A stretch of DNA of 64,000 nucleotides, from positions 369-64,368 of the forward strand of contig QHVQ01000010.1 in the NCBI GenBank assembly GCA_003222305.1, given 5' to 3'. The position numbers and the translations under genes are program-made. This document shows, one piece after another, positions 37,001-45,669 of this stretch. Within the stretch, counting starts at the first letter, position 1. Every line of letters begins with the position of its first letter. The notes below the pieces were generated by a model that saw nothing but the letters and a program-made list of their open reading frames with translations, ran no database searches and was not told the origin of the DNA. Origin of the DNA: Acidobacteriota bacterium (GTDB lineage Bacteria > Acidobacteriota > Polarisedimenticolia > Gp22-AA2 > AA152).

Positions 37001-37247
37001 CAACCTGGCCAGCGTCGTCCGCTTCGATGCAACGCTGGATTGGGCCAGGATTCGAAACGACGATCTGGGTAGCCTGGACCCGAGCTTGGCGGGCTATCAG
37101 GGTTTCGCCGGCGTCGGGCTGGCCGGCAACTTCATGGGGCCGTGGAACACGGTCATCCAATTCGACTACGGTATCGCAGTGCAGTCGGACATTCCGGGGT
37201 TGAAGGGAGACCAGGAGATCGAGTTCGTCCTGCTGAAATTCTTCTAG
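34062..37247 (+). CDS. 1061-aa outer-membrane chimera: signal peptide, glycoside-hydrolase-like TIM-barrel region, LolA-like domain, C-terminal beta-barrel
   Basis: GTG start with GGGAGGA upstream. Signal LPILCLALLVLSFSPLKAQG, then a clan-A GH-like stretch (WRALE...FYEIGDAMD...LIVTGS). The middle LolA-like domain reads YHYTV...YRLLGRDSVEGRDCYLLEFSP...HGKVWIDRKSFARV. The C-terminus has alternating beta-strand sequence ending EFVLLKFF. Confidence 0.6.
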   Translation: MRPAQPSHSHLPILCLALLVLSFSPLKAQGDIPTWQPPKTGLGFDVDLDRPPAERPGPILSREVQSRGAQPLYVRLLFSWRALETERGTIRFEELESEVTRFRDAGFEVILVPRGGNELYGSSRLPAPGEAEPLAAWRIFLRRLAERFKGRVRFYEIGDAMDAPDALPEGAGAREYAFLLKNAAVELRGADPDVLIVTGSVAARALDFLEKVFQEDVAAYIDAVALRGEAGIDPGDTADRAVSLVLQHDPSASVWIVGQPLPALPVPASLPQTAATEVTPPPPDTSQPAGAMIRTTASVLSAGAHLVLFDLPPDPSGAPALGNVLVLLRRLFLPSLGPSPEGVARLRLLSRPGGTELPFAAWRFFDASTFQVLLVYASPPGSSETADLVLDTSDVTGAVVDDLLANTEKKVASLAPDASAGMTRVEVPLAESPLILRYQRFATPGYLKGPESAHVKGARELSAEEIIARHQEFQADQDQRLKTVMAAGRISYHYTVATARISVDVTTLNNFYWDRAVGAEWEEKEFYFNGVRWTGKKPPDLPLIQPEKVVVLPLNINLNKDYTYRLLGRDSVEGRDCYLLEFSPVAGKERLYHGKVWIDRKSFARVRISSVQTGLTPPVTSNDERDTYGPAPGAGESPLWVLQRIDGQQRHTLGGVNLIVMREVEFTDFVLNSPDFEEKRRAAYASDHAMLRDTDKGFRYLDRTPDGSRTVREGVTRSTTLGAAGVFYEQNLDSPVPLAGIDYFNFNFKNTRSQVNLFFAGALLQGTFQDPQVAGTKLDAGVSVLGVAFSTTDRYYLSDQKLEEVDTRQRAQEISANIGYPLGNFFKVKGLASLDYVQFGHAEKAADSFRAPSDTTELTLGALGQFDRRGWTLQARAEQTKRGTWEPWGDTDPLSPALGSRLVDFDPEDRQYRHYRGQVSKQIILPYFQKVILQGQYLTGSHLDRFSKFQFGFFDTRVHGFSGSGVRFDRGYTASASYNFNLASVVRFDATLDWARIRNDDLGSLDPSLAGYQGFAGVGLAGNFMGPWNTVIQFDYGIAVQSDIPGLKGDQEIEFVLLKFF

Positions 37248-37252
37248 ACGGC

Positions 37253-37951
37253 TCACCCGCCCAACTGCCGTTCCATTGCCGTGCGCACTTTTTCCATCAA
37301 TTCTCCCTTGGTCTCAGCCGTGTAACGGCCGGGGTCGATGGGATCGCCCACCGACAGGATGATGGTTCCGCTCCGGATACGCAGACTCCCCTTGGGGAGA
37401 ACCTGCCGACTTCCCCGGATGACGATGGGCACCACGGGCACCCCCGCCTGGATGGCCAGCACGAACCCACCTTTCTTGAAGGGAAGCAGTGAGCCGTCGG
37501 GAGAACGAGTGCCCTCTGCGTAAATGAGTAGGGACGTCCCACCGCGCAGCCGCTCGGCGGCTCGATCGAGGCTGCGGATGGCCTTTTCACGGTTTCCGCG
37601 ATCGATCCCAACAAAGCCCGAGAGCTTCAGCACCCAGCCGAAAACAGGAATGTAGAACAACTCCTGCTTCGCGAGAATACGAAACTGGAGAGGAATGGCC
37701 AGAACCACCGCCAGAATGTCGAATTGACTCTGGTGATTGGAGAGAAACAGAAAAGGACCCGGGGGTCCGATTTTCTCACCCCCCTCCACCCTCAGGCGGA
37801 CGTGGCACAGAGCCAGGATTGTCCGGGCCCAGATTCGGGCCAGGGGAAGCACGGCGTTGCCGTTGGGCATCACCAGACAGGACAGGATGCCCGCCGTTCC
37901 CAGCACGGTGGTAAGAAGGGCGATGGCGGCGAGTCGAAGCAGATTGGCCAT
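37253..37951 (-). CDS. plsC: 1-acyl-sn-glycerol-3-phosphate acyltransferase
   Basis: LSNHQSQFD (HX4D), IYAEGTRS, VPVVPIVI. Trimmed to ATG 37951. Confidence 0.8.
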   Translation of the reverse strand: MANLLRLAAIALLTTVLGTAGILSCLVMPNGNAVLPLARIWARTILALCHVRLRVEGGEKIGPPGPFLFLSNHQSQFDILAVVLAIPLQFRILAKQELFYIPVFGWVLKLSGFVGIDRGNREKAIRSLDRAAERLRGGTSLLIYAEGTRSPDGSLLPFKKGGFVLAIQAGVPVVPIVIRGSRQVLPKGSLRIRSGTIILSVGDPIDPGRYTAETKGELMEKVRTAMERQLGG

Positions 37952-38012
37952 AGATCCCGCTAAGCGAGGCACACGAGTGAGCTAGTATAGGAAAGTCCTT
38001 TCGGGGAGATCA

Positions 38013-40022
38013 ATGAGGGCGAGGCCGTCGGAGGCTGTGCGGATTGGCGTGGACACCGGTGGAACCTTCACCGACCTGGTAGTACTCGGACCCGGGAGCG
38101 TGCTGGCGAGGACCAAGGTGCGCTCCACTCCCGAGAATCCTGCACGGGCGGTGCTGCAGGGCTTGCGGCGACTCGGGCTCCTGAACTCCGCCTCACTCGT
38201 CATTCACGGGACGACCGTGGCCACGAACGCGTTTCTCCAACGGCGGGGAGGCAAGACGGCGCTCGTGACCACCCGAGGCTTCGAGGACGTGCTGGCATTG
38301 GGCCGCCAAGCCCGGCAGTTTCTCTACAGGCTGGATCCTCCCTCCCCCCCCCAGTTCGTCCCGACGAAAATGCGCTTGGGCCTTGAGGAGCGCTTGGGTC
38401 CGGCGGGCGAGGTCATCGTGCCGCTTCGCAGAGGCTCTCTGGTGCGCCTGCTGCGCCGGTTGCGCCGGTTGCGTCCCGACGCGGTGGCCATCTGCCTGCT
38501 TCATTCCTATGTGAACCCGGCGCATGAGAAACAAGCGGCGTCCCTCCTGCGGCAGGAAGGCTGGCATCTTTCCCTGTCGCATCGAGTCGCGGGGGAGTTC
38601 CGAGAATTCGAGAGGACTTCTACCACCGTGGCCAATGCTACCCTGGCGAAACCTGTCGAGGAGTACCTCGCCACGCTCCGGCGCAGGCTGGGAGAGCGGC
38701 GCCTGAAAATCATGGGCAGCAGCGGAGGCTGGATGACGGCTCGCCGCGCCGTGGAACTGCCCGTTCGGACCCTTCTCTCCGGTCCGGCGGGCGGAGTCGC
38801 CGCGGCTTCCCTCCTGGGCAAGCTCGTTGCGGAGCGCGGGCTCATCTCCCTGGACGTGGGAGGGACTTCCACCGACGTCGCTCTCTGCCTCGGCGACGTC
38901 CCCCGCGTGGCCCGTACCTCGCTGGACGGGGTTCCACTTCTGATGTCCACCCTGGATATCCGGAGCCTGGGCGCGGGCGGAGGCTCCATCGCCCGTCGAG
39001 ACGCCGGGGGAGCCCTCCGCGTCGGTCCCGAGAGCGCCGGCGCGGAGCCGGGCCCTGCATGCTATGCGCACGGAGGCCGGAGGGCGACACTCACCGATGC
39101 CCATCTGGCGCTGGGGCGGTTGCCTGCCAATGGGCTGCTGGACGGCGAGATGCCCCTGGACGAGAAGGCGGCACGAGCGGCTCTGGCAAGACTGGGAAGG
39201 AGCCTGGGAATGAGCGTGGAGGAGACGGCTCGGGGGATTCTGCGGGTGATGGAATCGTCTCTGGAAAGCTCGATCCGGATTCTGGTGGCTGGAAAGGGTT
39301 TCACTCCTTCTTCTCTGACTCTCTGCGTGTTCGGTGGCGCGGGTGGCCTCCACGCGTGCGCCCTGGCGCGAACGCTAGGACTGAAGCGCATCCTGGTGCC
39401 GCCCGATCCGGGCACGTTTTCGGCGCTGGGGTTGGCCTCCTCCGCTGCAACCTGGGAGGCGTCCCGCACGGTGCTGCGCCGGTTCCGGCACCTCGACGAG
39501 CGCGGCCTGGGAGCACTGACGCAAGGGATGGAAAGGGAGGGGAAGGCAGTCCTCGCGAAGGAAGGGCACGAGGCGTCCGCGCTGCGCGTCATCCGGGAGG
39601 CTGATCTTCGATACGCCGGGCAATCCCACGAACTGACCTTGCCCATGGGGGCTCGACTTCTGGAACGGTTCCATCGGATCCACGCCCGCGCGTTCGGTTA
39701 TGCACGGCCGGCAGAAGAGGTGGACTTGGTCACGGTCAGGGTGCGGGTGGTCGCGGCCCCACCCCAATTCTCCCTGGCCCGGCACCACTTCCGACGTCAC
39801 CGGGCGGTGACCTCCGAGTATCGCAAGACGTGGCTGGAAACCGGCCTTCCCCGGCGTCTGGCGATTTTCGCACGAACATCGCTCTCTCCCGGTGCGATGA
39901 TCCTCGGTCCCGCGCTGATCACGGAATACAGCGCTACCACTTATCTGGCGTTGGGATTCCGTCTGGAGGTCGGAGGCTTCGGTGAGATGGTTCTGACCCG
40001 CGCGAAGACCGGCCTCTCGTGA
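38013..40022 (+). CDS. hyuA: hydantoinase/oxoprolinase family, A subunit
   Basis: RIGVDTGGTFTDLV, HGTTVATNA, LDVGGTSTDV, and full-length collinearity with the HyuA family. Confidence 0.85.
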   Translation: MRARPSEAVRIGVDTGGTFTDLVVLGPGSVLARTKVRSTPENPARAVLQGLRRLGLLNSASLVIHGTTVATNAFLQRRGGKTALVTTRGFEDVLALGRQARQFLYRLDPPSPPQFVPTKMRLGLEERLGPAGEVIVPLRRGSLVRLLRRLRRLRPDAVAICLLHSYVNPAHEKQAASLLRQEGWHLSLSHRVAGEFREFERTSTTVANATLAKPVEEYLATLRRRLGERRLKIMGSSGGWMTARRAVELPVRTLLSGPAGGVAAASLLGKLVAERGLISLDVGGTSTDVALCLGDVPRVARTSLDGVPLLMSTLDIRSLGAGGGSIARRDAGGALRVGPESAGAEPGPACYAHGGRRATLTDAHLALGRLPANGLLDGEMPLDEKAARAALARLGRSLGMSVEETARGILRVMESSLESSIRILVAGKGFTPSSLTLCVFGGAGGLHACALARTLGLKRILVPPDPGTFSALGLASSAATWEASRTVLRRFRHLDERGLGALTQGMEREGKAVLAKEGHEASALRVIREADLRYAGQSHELTLPMGARLLERFHRIHARAFGYARPAEEVDLVTVRVRVVAAPPQFSLARHHFRRHRAVTSEYRKTWLETGLPRRLAIFARTSLSPGAMILGPALITEYSATTYLALGFRLEVGGFGEMVLTRAKTGLS

Positions 40023-41614
40023 AGTCAGTGCGAAGGAAGGTGGATCCCGTCTCGCTGGAGCTGGCGCGCCACCTCTTCGGCTCGGTGGTGGAAGCCATGG
40101 GCCAGGTGCTCATGCGCAGTGCCTTCTCGCCCAACATCAAAGAGAGGCGAGACTATTCCTGCGCCCTGTTCGACTCTCAGGGAAGGGCGGTGGCCCTGGG
40201 GGACCACATGCCGGTCCATCTGGGCTCGATGCCCGCAACGGTCGCGCGGGTACTTGAATCGCTTCCGCCGCGAGGCGGAGAGATGGTGGCGATCAATGAT
40301 CCCTTCGCAGGCGGCACGCACCTGCCCGACATCACGTTGGTGGCTCCCTATCCCCGCTGGTCGGATCGGCCCCGATTCTACCTGGCGAACCGGGCGCATC
40401 ACAGCGACGTGGGGGGAGCGTATCCGGGCTCCATGGCACCGGGCGCTCAAGAGATTTACCAGGAAGGAATCGTCCTGCCCCCCGTTCGGTTGGTGCGCAA
40501 AGGCAAGCCCGATCCGGACCTGTTAAGGTTGTTCCTCGCAAACGTCCGCACCCCCGGGGAGAGGGAAGCCGACCTGAGAGCCCAAATTGCCGCGAACCTC
40601 GCCGGGGCGCACCGTCTGGAAGAAATGGACCACCGGATCGGCAAGTCCAAGCTGTCGATTTGGGCGTCCGCTCAGGTCGACTACGCTTTGCGAATTGTCC
40701 GCACCTACTTGCGGGAGATCCCGGACGGTAGGTATGTAGCCGAGGAATTCTTGGAGGGAGACGGGCTGACGGAGGATTCCATCCGCCTCCGAGTCTCGAT
40801 CCGGGTCCGGAAAGGGCGCGTGACGGTAGACTTCACCGGCACCGATCCGATGTCGCGGGGAAACATCAACGCCGTGGAGTCCATCACTCGATCGGCGGTC
40901 TACTTCGCCTTCAGATGCCTGGTGCAGGAGGAGATTCCCTACAATGACGGATGCTTCCGGCCCCTGGACATCCGAATTCCCTGCGGCACGATCCTCTCGG
41001 CACGGCGACCCGCGGCAGTAGCCGGGGGAAACGTGGAGACGTCCCAGCGCGTTGTGGACGTCGTGCTGGCCGCGCTCCGGGAGGCGCTCCCCGATCGGAT
41101 TCCCGCTCAGAGCTGCGGCACCATGACCAATGTGACGCTCGGGGGCCGGGATCCTCGCTCGGGAGCCGCTTTCACTTACTATGAGACGGTGGGGGGAGGG
41201 ATGGGCGCCTCGGCCTTCGGACCCGGGCTTTCAGGTGTGCACACGGCCATGACCAACTCACAGAACACCCCGGTGGAGGCGCTGGAGCAGGCGTACCCTT
41301 TGCGCGTGACCCGTTATGCATTGCGGCGGGGCTCCGGAGGCAAGGGACGGCATGCGGGGGGAGAGGGGATTCTCCGGGAGATCGGGGTGCTTTCCGAGAC
41401 GGAAGCGGCCCTGCTCACCGATCGGCACCTGCGCCCACCCCAAGGGACCCGAGGAGGAGGTCCCGGGAAAACGGGGCAGGCCTGGAAGATCGTGGGGCGC
41501 TCGGTGCGACGGCTGGGTTCCAAGGTGCGATTTTCCCTCTCCCCGGGACAGTCAGTTCGGATTGCTACCCCGGGGGGAGGAGGCTGGGGTAAGCCTCGTC
41601 GCACCGTGCCTTGA
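40019..41614 (+). CDS. hyuB: hydantoinase/oxoprolinase family, B subunit
   Basis: DPVSLEL....L..V.EAMG..L.RSAFSPNIKERRDYSCALFD, NDPF.GGTHLPD. GTGA overlap with hyuA. Confidence 0.85.
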   Translation: MKSVRRKVDPVSLELARHLFGSVVEAMGQVLMRSAFSPNIKERRDYSCALFDSQGRAVALGDHMPVHLGSMPATVARVLESLPPRGGEMVAINDPFAGGTHLPDITLVAPYPRWSDRPRFYLANRAHHSDVGGAYPGSMAPGAQEIYQEGIVLPPVRLVRKGKPDPDLLRLFLANVRTPGEREADLRAQIAANLAGAHRLEEMDHRIGKSKLSIWASAQVDYALRIVRTYLREIPDGRYVAEEFLEGDGLTEDSIRLRVSIRVRKGRVTVDFTGTDPMSRGNINAVESITRSAVYFAFRCLVQEEIPYNDGCFRPLDIRIPCGTILSARRPAAVAGGNVETSQRVVDVVLAALREALPDRIPAQSCGTMTNVTLGGRDPRSGAAFTYYETVGGGMGASAFGPGLSGVHTAMTNSQNTPVEALEQAYPLRVTRYALRRGSGGKGRHAGGEGILREIGVLSETEAALLTDRHLRPPQGTRGGGPGKTGQAWKIVGRSVRRLGSKVRFSLSPGQSVRIATPGGGGWGKPRRTVP

Positions 41615-41697
41615 CGGGAGCGCCGCGGCTTGTTTACACTAGCGCGATTCTTAAGTTGTTGCCCTAAAACCACCTAGGGACGCCGCCGGGGAGGCGG

Positions 41698-42450
41698 ATG
41701 CTCGATTTCCTGAGTATCACCCTGGAACACCTGGGAGGACTGGGGATTCTGGTCAGGGATACTTTCCGCCAGGGTCTGCGCCGTCCCCGAGAGTGGCGGA
41801 TCCTCATGGAGCAGTTGCATCACCTGGGAGTCGGCTCTGCTCCCATTGTCCTGACCACTGCGCTATTCACCGGCATGGTCCTCGCCCTGCAAACGGCGGC
41901 TTCGTGGGAGGCTTTCGGCAAACTGCTGATCGGTGACGTGGTTTCGCTCTCCATCGTGCGGGAGCTGGGACCCGTCCTGTCGGCCCTGATGATCGGCGGC
42001 CGCGTGGGGGCCGGAATCACCGCCGAGATCGGTACCATGAAGGTGACCGAACAGGTGGACGCCATCCGGGCCCTGGCAGCGGACCCGGTGAAAAAGCTGG
42101 TGTTTCCGAAGGTCCTGGCCACGACGGTGATGCTGCCAATCCTCACCATCCTCGCCAATTTCGTGGGCATCCTCGGAGGATGGATGATCGCTTGCTCGGA
42201 GCTGGACCAGACCTCGGAGTTCTATTTGAAGCATGTGCGCTCGGCCCTGGCAGTCCACGACGTCTTCAGCGGCATCGGGAAGACGGTTTTTTTCGCCCTC
42301 TTTATTTCCATCATCGCCTGCTACAACGGGCTGAGAGCTTCCGGGGGGGCCGACGGCGTGGGAAGGGCCACGACCCAGACGGTGGTGGCCGCGTCGATCT
42401 CGGTGCTGATCTCCGACTTCTTTCTGACCAAGCTCTTCCTGATCTTCTAG
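41698..42450 (+). CDS. mlaE: MlaE-family ABC transporter permease
   Basis: L.Q....GV.S.PIV..TALFTGMVLALQ, REL.PVL.A.M..GRVG..I.AEIGTMKVTEQ.DA. Confidence 0.85.
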   Translation: MLDFLSITLEHLGGLGILVRDTFRQGLRRPREWRILMEQLHHLGVGSAPIVLTTALFTGMVLALQTAASWEAFGKLLIGDVVSLSIVRELGPVLSALMIGGRVGAGITAEIGTMKVTEQVDAIRALAADPVKKLVFPKVLATTVMLPILTILANFVGILGGWMIACSELDQTSEFYLKHVRSALAVHDVFSGIGKTVFFALFISIIACYNGLRASGGADGVGRATTQTVVAASISVLISDFFLTKLFLIF

Positions 42451-42453
42451 TCC

Positions 42454-43209
42454 ATGGATGCGACGTTCATCCGCTACGAAGACTTGCACAAGAGCTTTGG
42501 GGCAAACAGAGTCCTCAGGGGCATCAGCCTCGATGTCAGGCGCGGAGAAACCCTGGTGATCCTGGGAGGCAGCGGTAGCGGCAAGTCGGTCCTGCTGCGG
42601 CACACGATCGGCCTGATGGTGCCGGATCGGGGTCGCGTGACGGTGGACGGAACCGATCTCACCGGGCTCTCGGAGGAGGATCTGATGCCCGTCCGGAAGA
42701 AAGTGGGAATGCTCTTCCAGGGGAGCGCGTTGTTCGACTCCATGGATGTCTACGAGAACGTCGCCTACGCGCTGCGGGAGCACACCCCCTTGAGCGCAGA
42801 GGAAATCGCGGCCAGAGTGAGACAAAAGCTTGCCCTCGTGGAGCTGGACGAGGAGGTGGAGCGCCGCATGCCCGCGGACCTCTCGGGCGGAATGCGCAAG
42901 CGAGTGGCGCTGGCACGGGCCATCGCGCTGGAGCCGGAGGGAATCCTCTACGACGAGCCCACCACCGGTCTGGATCCCATCACCGCCAGAGCGATCAATT
43001 CTCTCATCCGCAATTTACAGCGCACCCTGAGCGTAACTTCGGTGGTGGTGACTCACGACATCGCCAGCGCCTTCAGGGTGGGAAATCGGATCGCGTTCCT
43101 GTACCAGGGTGAGATGGTCTTCGTGGGGACGGTGGGGGAGGCGCGGGAAAGTTCCGACGAGCGGCTGCGGGCTTTTCTCGCCGACGACCACGGAGGCGGC
43201 CTTGCTTAG
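42454..43209 (+). CDS. mlaF: MlaF-family ABC transporter ATP-binding protein
   Basis: GGSGSGKS Walker A, LSGGMRKRVALARA signature, LYDEPTTGLD Walker B. Confidence 0.85.
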   Translation: MDATFIRYEDLHKSFGANRVLRGISLDVRRGETLVILGGSGSGKSVLLRHTIGLMVPDRGRVTVDGTDLTGLSEEDLMPVRKKVGMLFQGSALFDSMDVYENVAYALREHTPLSAEEIAARVRQKLALVELDEEVERRMPADLSGGMRKRVALARAIALEPEGILYDEPTTGLDPITARAINSLIRNLQRTLSVTSVVVTHDIASAFRVGNRIAFLYQGEMVFVGTVGEARESSDERLRAFLADDHGGGLA

Positions 43210-44341
43210 ATCCCGGGAAGCCAGTGTGGGTCTCGTCATCTTCCTGGCGGGATTGGTGTTGATGGTGGGAATTCTGGCCGTGGGAAAGGAGTCCCACCTG
43301 TTCTCCCGAAAAGCAGAGTATTGGACATCCTTCCCCAATGTCTCAGGTCTGGCGGAGGGCTCGCCGGTGAAGCTGGTGGGGGTCCAGGTGGGGACGGTGA
43401 GTGAAGTGGCGTTTTCCTCCAGCCTGGGGGAGAGGGAAATCCGGGTCACTCTCCAGGTGGATCGAGCCTATGCCACGCGCATCCGGGAAGGAACGCAGGC
43501 TCAGCTCAAGTCCCTCTCCTACGTCTCCCAGGAGCGCTACATCGAGCTCACACCGGGGGATCCGGAGCGGCCCCAGCTGACTCCCGGAAGCCGAATCGAG
43601 CCGGGGGTCTCTGGCCTAGCGGAGCTGACCGAGATGGGGCGGGGCATCGCCGATGACGTGAAAGACATCACCAGCCAGCTCCGGGAGCTCCTGATTGCAC
43701 TGAACCAGGGCGGGGGAGTGCTTTCGGAGATGATCAAGAACCCCGAATTCGGGCGCGACAGCCTCGAAGGGGTGCAGAGGACCCTCGCCTCCGTGCAGCG
43801 CATCGCACAGCACGTGGAAAAGGGAGACGGGCTCGCCGGGGCGCTGCTCACCGACAAGGCCTACGCCCACCGCCAACTCGCCACCCTCCAGGACTCCCTG
43901 GATCGCGTCCGTAACATCCTGGAGAAAATCGAGTCGGGACAAGGTGCTTTGGGCGAGCTGCTCGCTTCGGGCGGCAAAGGGGATCGCCTGGTAGACAATC
44001 TCGTGGAGGCCACCCAGGATCTCAAATCGGTGGCGGCGCAGCTGAAATCTGGCAAGGGGCTTGCCGGGCGTCTCCTCGGAGAGGATGATGCCGCCAAGAA
44101 GATCCTCGGAAACCTCGAAAAGACCACGCAGCATCTGGAGTCGATCACGGGCAAGATTGACCGGGGTCAAGGGACCGTGGGGGCCCTGATCAACGACCCC
44201 GAAGTGTACCAGGGTCTCCGGGACGTGGTGGCCGGTGTCGGCAAGAGCCGAATGGGGAAAGGACTGATTCACCACTACCAGAAGAAGGGAAGCAAGAGCC
44301 AGACACAGCCGAGGGAAGCTCCCCCGGAGGACAACCCTTGA
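43202..44341 (+). CDS. mlaD: MlaD/MCE-domain protein
   Basis: N-terminal TM (VGLVIFLAGLVLMVGILAV), MCE core GLAEGSPVKLVGVQVGTV, long coiled C-terminus. TTG 43202 start (GGAGG 5 nt upstream), overlapping the mlaF end by 8 nt. Confidence 0.75.
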   Translation: MLRSREASVGLVIFLAGLVLMVGILAVGKESHLFSRKAEYWTSFPNVSGLAEGSPVKLVGVQVGTVSEVAFSSSLGEREIRVTLQVDRAYATRIREGTQAQLKSLSYVSQERYIELTPGDPERPQLTPGSRIEPGVSGLAELTEMGRGIADDVKDITSQLRELLIALNQGGGVLSEMIKNPEFGRDSLEGVQRTLASVQRIAQHVEKGDGLAGALLTDKAYAHRQLATLQDSLDRVRNILEKIESGQGALGELLASGGKGDRLVDNLVEATQDLKSVAAQLKSGKGLAGRLLGEDDAAKKILGNLEKTTQHLESITGKIDRGQGTVGALINDPEVYQGLRDVVAGVGKSRMGKGLIHHYQKKGSKSQTQPREAPPEDNP

Positions 44342-44354
44342 CGAGGAGAGCGGC

Positions 44355-45656
44355 GTGGGACTGAAGGAGAGGATCGAATCGCTCCAGGCCCGAGTCGGGA
44401 TCATAGGCCTCGGGTACGTGGGGCTGCCGCTGGCCTGCGAATTCGTCAGGGCCGGCTTTGCGGTGATCGGGATCGACAAGGATCGAGCGAAGGTGGACGG
44501 GGTCAACCGGGGCTCGTCGCATGTGCAGGATGTGCCGGATGCACTTTTGACGTCTCGCGTCGGAGAAAAAGGACTGAGGGCCACCACCGAAGTGGAGTGC
44601 CTTGGGGAGTGCGACGCCGTCATCATCTGCGTTCCCACCCCCCTGAGGAAGACCCGAGACCCGGACATCTCCTACATCGTTTCGGCGGTGGACGGAATCG
44701 TCAGGACGCTGCACCGGGACATGCTCGTGGTCTTGGAGAGCACCACCTATCCAGGAACCACCGAGGAGGTGATCCTACCCAAGCTGGAGGCCACGGGCCT
44801 CGTAGCCGGGAAGGACATCTATCTGGCCTTCTCCCCCGAGCGCGTGGATCCGGGCAATCCGCGGTTCAACACGAGGAACACACCCAAGATTCTCGGGGGG
44901 ATCACCGCACGGTGCACGGAAATGGCTGCTTCCCTGTACCGCCGAGCGGTGGATACCGTCATTCCGGTCTCCTCCACCCAGTGTGCCGAAATGATCAAAT
45001 TGTTGGAGAACACCTTCCGCAGCGTGAACATCGGTCTGGTCAACGAGATTGCCCTGATGTGCGACCGACTGCAATTGGACGTTTGGGAGGTGATCGATGC
45101 GGCGGCCACGAAGCCTTTCGGTTTCATGCCCTTCTATCCTGGGCCGGGACTGGGAGGACACTGCATCCCCATCGATCCTCACTACCTCTCCTGGAAGCTA
45201 AAGACTCTCAACTACTATGCCAAGTTCATCGAGTTGGCGAGCGAGATCAACAGCAACATGCCTCACTACGTCGTGACGAAAATCGTAGATGCCCTCAATT
45301 CTCGGAAGAAGGCGGTGAACGGCTCCCGGGTCCTGGTGTTGGGCGTGGCCTACAAGAAGGACATCTCCGACGTGCGCGAGTCGCCTGCTCTGGACGTGAT
45401 CAAGCTTCTCCAGGATCGTGGCGCCCAAGTGCTCTACACCGATCCGCACGCACCGGAGGTCCACCTGGACCACGGAGTTCTTCAGTCGGTGCCCTTGACC
45501 GATGAGCTGCTGGAGGGCTGCGATTGTGTCGTCATTGTGACCAACCACTCGGCCTTCGACTACCCCCGTATCGTGGAAAAGGCGAGCGTGCTAGTGGATA
45601 CACGCAATGCCACGCGCGGCGTCCAAGCGCCCCGTGGCAAGATCTATAAGATCTAG
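44355..45656 (+). CDS. UDP-N-acetyl-hexosamine 6-dehydrogenase (WbpO/TviB/WecC-like nucleotide-sugar dehydrogenase)
   Basis: VGIIGLGYVGLPLA, central catalytic GLGGHCIP, C-terminal UDP-binding domain. It is distinct from the Ugd at 46660. The exact substrate cannot be read from the sequence. Confidence 0.7.
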   Translation: MGLKERIESLQARVGIIGLGYVGLPLACEFVRAGFAVIGIDKDRAKVDGVNRGSSHVQDVPDALLTSRVGEKGLRATTEVECLGECDAVIICVPTPLRKTRDPDISYIVSAVDGIVRTLHRDMLVVLESTTYPGTTEEVILPKLEATGLVAGKDIYLAFSPERVDPGNPRFNTRNTPKILGGITARCTEMAASLYRRAVDTVIPVSSTQCAEMIKLLENTFRSVNIGLVNEIALMCDRLQLDVWEVIDAAATKPFGFMPFYPGPGLGGHCIPIDPHYLSWKLKTLNYYAKFIELASEINSNMPHYVVTKIVDALNSRKKAVNGSRVLVLGVAYKKDISDVRESPALDVIKLLQDRGAQVLYTDPHAPEVHLDHGVLQSVPLTDELLEGCDCVVIVTNHSAFDYPRIVEKASVLVDTRNATRGVQAPRGKIYKI

Positions 45657-45669
45657 GAGAGGAGGGTGC

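Noticed and set aside
38452-38478. Tandem TGCGCCGGT repeat
   Set aside because: There are only two full copies plus a partial one inside hyuA. It encodes LRRLRRLR and is an ordinary coding micro-repeat, not a regulatory or CRISPR-like element.
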